Origin: Caulobacteraceae bacterium
Lineage (GTDB): Bacteria > Pseudomonadota > Alphaproteobacteria > Caulobacterales > Caulobacteraceae
Assembly (NCBI GenBank): GCA_043784385.1
Contig: JAYVYH010000136.1
Location: 1-55,613 of the forward strand
Reading direction: 5' to 3'
DNA length: 55,613 nucleotides
The notes under the pieces are model-generated. The model worked only from the letters and a program-made list of their open reading frames with translations. It did not search any database and had not been told where the DNA came from. Below are positions 50,075 to 55,613 of the stretch, piece after piece. The stretch's first letter is position 1. Every line of letters begins with the position of its first letter. A program made the translations under genes and the position numbers.

Positions 50075-50850
50075 GGTCGGTCGATTCGGTCGAACAGGTT
50101 GAAGAACGCCTGTTCGGTGCGTATCTCGGCCTCGGAAAGCGACCATCCACGAATTGAGGCCAATTTTACAAGGATATGAGGTAGATAGGCCGGTTCGTTG
50201 CGACGGCCACGCATGGGGACCGGGGCCAGATATGGACAGTCGGTCTCAAGAATGATCCGATCCTCCGGCATCTCGGCGATCACCGCGCGCACATCCTCGG
50301 CGGCTTTGAAGGTGGCGATGCCCGACACCGAGAACCACGCCCCCAGCGCCGCCACCCGCCGCGCCAATTCGGCGCCCGAGGTGTAGCAGTGCATCAGGAT
50401 CTTGAACGGACCCTGGTCGTGTTCCTCCTCCAGAATGTCGGCCATGGCGTCATCCGCCTCGCGGGTATGGACCACCAGCGGCAGCCCGGTCTGGCGGGCG
50501 GCGGCGATATGGGCGCGAAAGACGCTGGCCTGAACGCCCCGCGGGCTGAGATCATAGTGGAAATCCAGGCCGGTCTCGCCGATCCCGATCACCTTCGGCC
50601 GCGCCGCGAGATCGACTAAGGTTTCCGCCACAAGGCACGAGAAGTCCTTGGCTTCATGAGGATGTACGCCCACAGTCGCCCAGATATCGGCGTTGGCCAT
50701 CGCTATGGTGTGGACCGCCTCGAACCGGTCGATCCGGTCACAGATGGTGACCATCACGCCGACGCCGGCCGCTCGGGCGCGACCGATCACCGCCTCGCGA
50801 TCCTCGTCATACTGTGGCGCGTGGAGGTTCACGTGGCTGTCGATCAACAT
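50071..50850 (-). CDS. tatD: TatD-family DNase
   Basis: IDSHVNL, GVHPH, IGETGLD, HCY, ETDCPYLAP. Confidence 0.95.
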   Translation of the reverse strand: MLIDSHVNLHAPQYDEDREAVIGRARAAGVGVMVTICDRIDRFEAVHTIAMANADIWATVGVHPHEAKDFSCLVAETLVDLAARPKVIGIGETGLDFHYDLSPRGVQASVFRAHIAAARQTGLPLVVHTREADDAMADILEEEHDQGPFKILMHCYTSGAELARRVAALGAWFSVSGIATFKAAEDVRAVIAEMPEDRIILETDCPYLAPVPMRGRRNEPAYLPHILVKLASIRGWSLSEAEIRTEQAFFNLFDRIDRP

Positions 50851-50859
50851 GCTCCCGCC

Positions 50860-51858
50860 CTACCCAATCGCCTTCAGTCGCGAAAGGGTGGTGAAGAACA
50901 TGTCGGCGCGATCCAGGTTCACCGCCTCGACCTGCCCAGGCGCTGCGACCAACTGTTCCCAGAGTTCGGCCCATCGATCGAGTGACACCCCTGCCTCCCC
51001 GGTTTTGACCCGGCCAACGGTCATGGCGTGGATACGATCAGCGAGGCGATCGAACAGCAGGTTGAAACGCACGGCCCCGGCGGGGCCGCGGAAACCTTCG
51101 GCGATCGCCAACATGGCCGCATCGTCCGTTTTGGGCAGCGCCGCCATCAATTCGCCGGCTACCCGGTCGGCCTCCAAGGCTCCCTCCGATGCCATGCGCC
51201 AAGCCGCGCCAAGAGCGCCACGCGCCATATCCAGCAGCCGTCCGCTGTCCTCCATAGATACACTCGCCTTACCGGAAACCCAACGGGCGGCGCCGATGGG
51301 TTCGGGAGGCGAGACGCGCAGTCGACGGCATCGCGACCGGATCGTCGGCAGCAGAGCACCTGGGGCGTGCGAGATAAGAAATAGCACGCCGCGCTCCGGT
51401 GGCTCCTCAAGAGTTTTCAATATGGCGTTGGCCGCACTGGGATTCAGGTCGTCGGCGGTATCGATGATCGCCACGCGATATGGAGCCGAGGCAGGCGACT
51501 TGGAGAAGAATTCCGGCAGGCCTCGCGCCTCATCCACCGGTATGCCTCGCCGGGTTTTGCCGTCCTCCGGGTCGCGCTGCAGGGCCAACAGATCGGGATG
51601 GGCACGGCCGATGATCTGGCGCGAGACCGGATGACCGGGCGCGGCGCCGAGCGGACCCAGACAGGGCTCGTGGCCGGCGCCCAGCAGTCGCCGAGCGGCG
51701 CGATAGGCGAACGTCGCCTTACCCACCCCTTCGGGACCCACGATCAGCCACGCGTGATGCAGCCGACCGCGATCCAGGGCGTCGAGAAACGCCCGTTCAT
51801 GCGTGTCATCGCCAGCCCAGTCAAAAGTCTCACGCGGGTGGGGAATGGCCTCGCTCAT
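50860..51858 (-). CDS. holB: DNA polymerase III delta' subunit
   Basis: HHAWL..GPEGVGK, HPDL, AANAILKTLEEPP, PTIRSRC. Confidence 0.95.
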   Translation of the reverse strand: MSEAIPHPRETFDWAGDDTHERAFLDALDRGRLHHAWLIVGPEGVGKATFAYRAARRLLGAGHEPCLGPLGAAPGHPVSRQIIGRAHPDLLALQRDPEDGKTRRGIPVDEARGLPEFFSKSPASAPYRVAIIDTADDLNPSAANAILKTLEEPPERGVLFLISHAPGALLPTIRSRCRRLRVSPPEPIGAARWVSGKASVSMEDSGRLLDMARGALGAAWRMASEGALEADRVAGELMAALPKTDDAAMLAIAEGFRGPAGAVRFNLLFDRLADRIHAMTVGRVKTGEAGVSLDRWAELWEQLVAAPGQVEAVNLDRADMFFTTLSRLKAIG

Positions 51859-52484
51859 CGGGTGATCAGGGCCTTTACCTCTGCCCAAACGCTCGCCCCG
51901 ACCACCGCCTCGTCGCTGGCCGCATCAATGATCCGGCATCGATCCGGGTCGGCCCGCGCGATGGCAAGAAAGCCAGCGCGGAGCCGTTCATGAAAAGCCA
52001 GGCCCTTGGATTCAAAGCGAACCTCCCCGCCTCCCCGGCCGGCCGCCCTGGCTAGGCCGCTCGCGGTCGGCAGGTCAAGGATCAAGGTCAGGTCCGGTCG
52101 CAGATCGCCGAGCACCTCTGCCTCAAGCGCCGAAATCAGGCTCGAGGGGGCACCGCCGCCAGCCCCCTGATAGGCGCTGGTGGAATCGGCGAAGCGGTCA
52201 CAAAGCACCACCGCGCCGCGCGCCAGGGCGGGGGCGATCACCCGTTCGATATGGTCGCGGCGAGCGGCGTACATCAACAGGGTCTCGGTTATAGGCGACC
52301 ATCTATCCGCCTCGCCGGTCACCAGCAGCGACCGGATCGCCTCGGCGCCCGGTGATCCGCCAGGTTCCCGCGTGCGAACAACATCGCGCCCGGCCGCTTC
52401 GAGGCGATCGGCCAGGCGGCTGAGTTGGGTGGATTTGCCTGCCCCCTCCCCGCCTTCGAACGTGATGAAAAAGCCGCGCGCCAT
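51855..52484 (-). CDS. tmk: thymidylate kinase
   Basis: FEGGEGAGKSTQ, TREPGG, CDRFADSTSAYQG. Confidence 0.97.
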   Translation of the reverse strand: MARGFFITFEGGEGAGKSTQLSRLADRLEAAGRDVVRTREPGGSPGAEAIRSLLVTGEADRWSPITETLLMYAARRDHIERVIAPALARGAVVLCDRFADSTSAYQGAGGGAPSSLISALEAEVLGDLRPDLTLILDLPTASGLARAAGRGGGEVRFESKGLAFHERLRAGFLAIARADPDRCRIIDAASDEAVVGASVWAEVKALITR

Positions 52485-52521
52485 GGCGGCACATTGGCCG
52501 GTTCGCCCGCCTTGTCCAGGG

Positions 52522-53049
52522 TCAGGGAGCGTCGGCCAGCTCGACCCGATCGTTCGTCAATCTCTGGGCCGGCCCGACGTAGCGTACCCGCACGCGTGTC
52601 GAACCTTTCTCGTAGAATCCCAGGTCCTTGGCCGCCTGGCGCGACAGATCGAGAATACGGCCTTGGATAAAGGGGCCGCGGTCGTTGACCCGCACCTGGA
52701 TGCGCCGACCATTCTCCAGATTGGTCACCTCGACGACACAGGGCAAAGGCAGGGTCGTATGGGCGCCCGAGACCCGGTCCATGTCGAAGATCTCGCCATC
52801 GGCCGTGTGGCGATGATGATATTGCGCGCCATACCAGGTGCCGATTCCCACCTCGTCGTAGCGCGGCTGCTCATGGGGTCGGTACCACGTTCCGTTCGCC
52901 TGATAGGGCGCCATGGTTCCGCCCGCGTGGGCCGGCGGCGGGGCGGCGGGCTGGGGCATGGTGGCGCAGGCGGTCAACCCGGCGAACAGCGCGAAGGCGG
53001 CCGTTCGCGCGGATCGATTGATCAGGTTTTCCCGGCCACGGCCAAACAT
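52522..53049 (-). CDS. rlpA: RlpA-family lipoprotein (DPBB domain only, no SPOR)
   Basis: Lipobox LTAC; TADGEIFD, AHTTLPLP, VNDRGPF, ILDLS. Confidence 0.9.
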   Translation of the reverse strand: MFGRGRENLINRSARTAAFALFAGLTACATMPQPAAPPPAHAGGTMAPYQANGTWYRPHEQPRYDEVGIGTWYGAQYHHRHTADGEIFDMDRVSGAHTTLPLPCVVEVTNLENGRRIQVRVNDRGPFIQGRILDLSRQAAKDLGFYEKGSTRVRVRYVGPAQRLTNDRVELADAP

Positions 53050-53159
53050 CACCCACCCTTGATGGATCCAGTGCATTGGCATCATGCGGCGGAAGGTTTG
53101 AGACGAGGTTAAGCGCGCGCTGGAATGCGCCGCCCTTTCCCTGTTAAAAGGCTAGCTCC

Positions 53160-53249
53160 GGACGGGTGGCCGAGTGGTTTAAGGCAGCGGTCTTGAAAAC
53201 CGCCGTGGGTTTACGCCCACCGTGGGTTCGAATCCCACCCCGTCCGCCA
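53160..53249 (+). tRNA. tRNA-Ser(TGA)
   Basis: GGACGGG acceptor stem, TGGCCGAGTGG D arm, GCGGT-CTTGAAA-ACCGC anticodon arm, long variable arm, GTTCGAATC, G discriminator, encoded CCA. Confidence 0.97.
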
Positions 53250-53593
53250 CCCTAACCTCAGCTTCGGGCAGTGAGATGCCATATGCTTGGCGCCTCCCTG
53301 AACGAGGTCATGGCGCAGGTCTCTTTTGGATGATGACCTTTAATTCAAAAACCAAAATATTAGTTTTCTAACAGGTATTTCCTGCTTAGATGCGGCATTT
53401 TGACCAATTCTAGATGTCGAATTCAGATTGTCGACACAAATATGTTATGTAAGTTACATTTATTGACAATAGATAAGTGAGAATTTGCCTCCCATCTAAG
53501 AGGGCCGATCTGTTATCCCTCTTCACCGCGCGGAGCCTGTTCTGGCGCCGCAAGGCCGAAGGCCAAGTCCTCGCGGAGACCAGGGGAGCGGTC

Positions 53594-55468
53594 GTGAGTA
53601 TTGACACCAGCATTGGGGTGAATGGTCTACAGGGCGATACGGGCCTGTCAGGCGCAGCCGGCGGCGGAGCCATGGCCACGCCGTTGATGAATGCCGATTC
53701 GTACAACACCGCCGACGCCTACGCCGGGGCCGGCGGCGGCGGGGGAGTTGCGGGGGGGAATGGCGTGGCGGGAAGCGGTGGCGCCGGTGGCGCGGCCATT
53801 GCCACGGTGAAGACCGTCGCCCCCAATCCCCTTGGCGCCAACGCGGTCGCGACGGGTTATGGCGGTGCTGGCGGCAAGGCAGGCATGCCGGGAGATCCGA
53901 CCACGCAGGGAGCGACCGGCGGGGCTGGTGGAACATCGACGGCCAGCGCCAGCGACACCAACCTTACCGGGGCCGCGATGGCGACTGCCCAGGCGATCGG
54001 CGGCAATGGTGGAAACGGCCAGGGCGTGGGCGCTGGTGGCGCCGCGGGCATTGCCAAGGAGACTAAGGCGTCGGCCTTCGGTTTGGGCGCGGCGACGGCC
54101 TTGGTCAATCAGACGGCCGGCGACGGCGGAGGGGGCGGCGCCTACGGTAGCCAGAGTATCGGTGCGGCCGGGGGTGAGACCACATTGAGAAATGCGGTCA
54201 CCGGCTCGACGTTCGGAGGCCTGCTGACTTTGACACAGATCGCCCGGGGTGGAACGGGCGGAACCAGCCAGACCGCGACACCCGGCGTTGGCGGCAAGGC
54301 CAGTTCCACCCTGATTTTCGACGACACCACCCAAGTGGTCGCCAATCGAAGCAGTAGCGTGGAGGCAACTGTTCTTGCCTATGGCGGTGACGGCGGGGCC
54401 GGCAACGCCAACTTCGGCGGTGCGTCCGGCGGCGCCGGCGCCGCCACCGTCAGCATCACCGGGGCTGGGGCCGTCCAGGCGGACGCGGAGGCCTATGGTG
54501 GTAGCGAAGGCGCGGTGTTCTCTCCTACCGTCCCGCACGGCGGCGGCGCGACCGCCGTGGCGACTGGCGTTGGCCACTTCGTCACGGTCACCGCCTACGC
54601 TTGGGGAGGAACGGGCCAGGTCGGCGGCGGGGTGGCGACAGCGACGGCCAAGGGCGTGGGCGCCGGCGGTTCGGTTACTTCGAAATCGGTCACGAGCCGA
54701 ATCTCCTCGGGCTTGATAACGCTGTTGAGCGCGGCGACCTCCGCGCCAGTCGCCGGAACCTCAAGGGCCTACACCTATGCGCACCTCGGCGGTGTCGGCC
54801 CGACCTCGATGTCCGGCGATCAAGGCGTTGCCGCCGTCGTCGGCGCGCCCAGTCCAACCGGCTTCGGGCCGGTGCTTTCGCTCAACCCGAATTTGAAGTC
54901 GGGATTTGGCTCCAAGCCGCTCTACTTCGCCAACGCGGAACTCGCCGGTGGCTACAGCACGACAGCGGGCGCCGCGGAGGTTTCGATCAGCGAGATCGAG
55001 ATGACCGTCAACCTCTCGCTGACACCGAAGAATCAGGACCTGCTCATCGGCCTCCACGACCCCGTAGCGACGGGGGCCGGCTTCACCAGCCTTTCCTTCG
55101 ATGTCACCGCCAACGGCACGAATATTCTTCATCGGGCATTCGGAAGCCTGATCGACGCGAAGGCCTATTTCAGCGATCATGCGGTCGACACCGGGTGGTC
55201 GCCGACATCCGGGCCTGGAGGGGCCAGCGGATCGGCCCAGATCGGCATCATCCTCAGCATGATCACGGCCTCACCAGGCGACGGGTTCACCGTCAATCTC
55301 CTGGTGGGAGACTCGCAACCACTGGCGATCACGGTGGCTGGCATGGCGTCGGCAATGGCCGCGATGGGGGCTTCAAGTTCGGCCGGTCTGGTTGCATCCT
55401 CAGATGCGCGTCCGGCCAATGCGCCGGCCCTGTCGCTGGCTTGCACGGGTTCATTCCGCGCCGCATAG
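53594..55468 (+). CDS. Gly/Ala/Thr-rich repetitive putative exported protein
   Basis: GGGGAG RBS then GTG; repeated A.GG.GG.GG...GGAGG units; beta-rich C-terminal domain; ASAMAAMGA tail; no N-terminal signal peptide seen. Confidence 0.7.
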   Translation: MSIDTSIGVNGLQGDTGLSGAAGGGAMATPLMNADSYNTADAYAGAGGGGGVAGGNGVAGSGGAGGAAIATVKTVAPNPLGANAVATGYGGAGGKAGMPGDPTTQGATGGAGGTSTASASDTNLTGAAMATAQAIGGNGGNGQGVGAGGAAGIAKETKASAFGLGAATALVNQTAGDGGGGGAYGSQSIGAAGGETTLRNAVTGSTFGGLLTLTQIARGGTGGTSQTATPGVGGKASSTLIFDDTTQVVANRSSSVEATVLAYGGDGGAGNANFGGASGGAGAATVSITGAGAVQADAEAYGGSEGAVFSPTVPHGGGATAVATGVGHFVTVTAYAWGGTGQVGGGVATATAKGVGAGGSVTSKSVTSRISSGLITLLSAATSAPVAGTSRAYTYAHLGGVGPTSMSGDQGVAAVVGAPSPTGFGPVLSLNPNLKSGFGSKPLYFANAELAGGYSTTAGAAEVSISEIEMTVNLSLTPKNQDLLIGLHDPVATGAGFTSLSFDVTANGTNILHRAFGSLIDAKAYFSDHAVDTGWSPTSGPGGASGSAQIGIILSMITASPGDGFTVNLLVGDSQPLAITVAGMASAMAAMGASSSAGLVASSDARPANAPALSLACTGSFRAA

Positions 55469-55487
55469 TCGAGTCATCGCAGGGCTA

Positions 55488-55613
55488 CTAGTTCTGTAGA
55501 CGAAGTGCCTCACCCACAGGCGGATTGAGGCGACGAGGACGAAGGCAAGGTATCTGTCGGCGGTCTTGTCGCATCGGGTGGCCAGTCGGCGGCTATGCTT
55601 GAGCTTCGAGAAG
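55488..55613 (-). mobile_element. IS5-family element end (transposase C-terminus and terminal repeat)
   Basis: FSKLKHSRRLATRCDKTADRYLAFVLVASIRLW matches the IS5 RR.ATRYDK motif; CTAG at the putative end. Confidence 0.8.

Noticed and set aside
54601-55491. 296-aa alternate-frame ORF
   Set aside because: Arg-rich frame shadow of the Gly-rich gene.

Overview
GC-rich alphaproteobacterial chromosome segment, Caulobacteraceae-like by gene content and order. Most of it is housekeeping: mazG, bpt/ate, hemB, hrpB, corA, an iron/B12-type ABC importer, slt-dapA-smpB, udg-NYN-folK-rpoZ-spoT-pyrE-pdxJ-acpS-lepB-rnc-era-recO, an ABC/HlyD/OMF exporter, parC, purN-MBL-tatD-holB-tmk-rlpA and tRNA-Ser(TGA). 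There are four accessory areas. (1) A lower-GC KaiC-like ATPase locus at the left edge. (2) The most unusual part, about 4.2-11.3 kb: a decayed type I restriction-modification operon. hsdM and hsdS have collapsed into one in-frame mini-fusion and hsdR has lost its nuclease domain. The hsdS-hsdR interval is repeated in tandem, and each copy carries a FitA antitoxin with a co-varying palindromic operator but a different toxin cargo (PIN/FitB versus Phd+PemK-like). A third fitA fragment, an orphan secreted-protein gene and a zeta-like TA pair lie alongside. (3) Decaying genes and a dif-like 28-mer downstream of parC. (4) An island after tRNA-Ser with a Gly/Ala-rich putative exported protein and an IS5-family end. 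Smaller signals: a 102-bp palindromic element inside the 5'UTR of an EcfG/SigT-type promoter, and candidate CTG starts for hrpB and spoT. All calls are by eye from motifs; no database searches were run.
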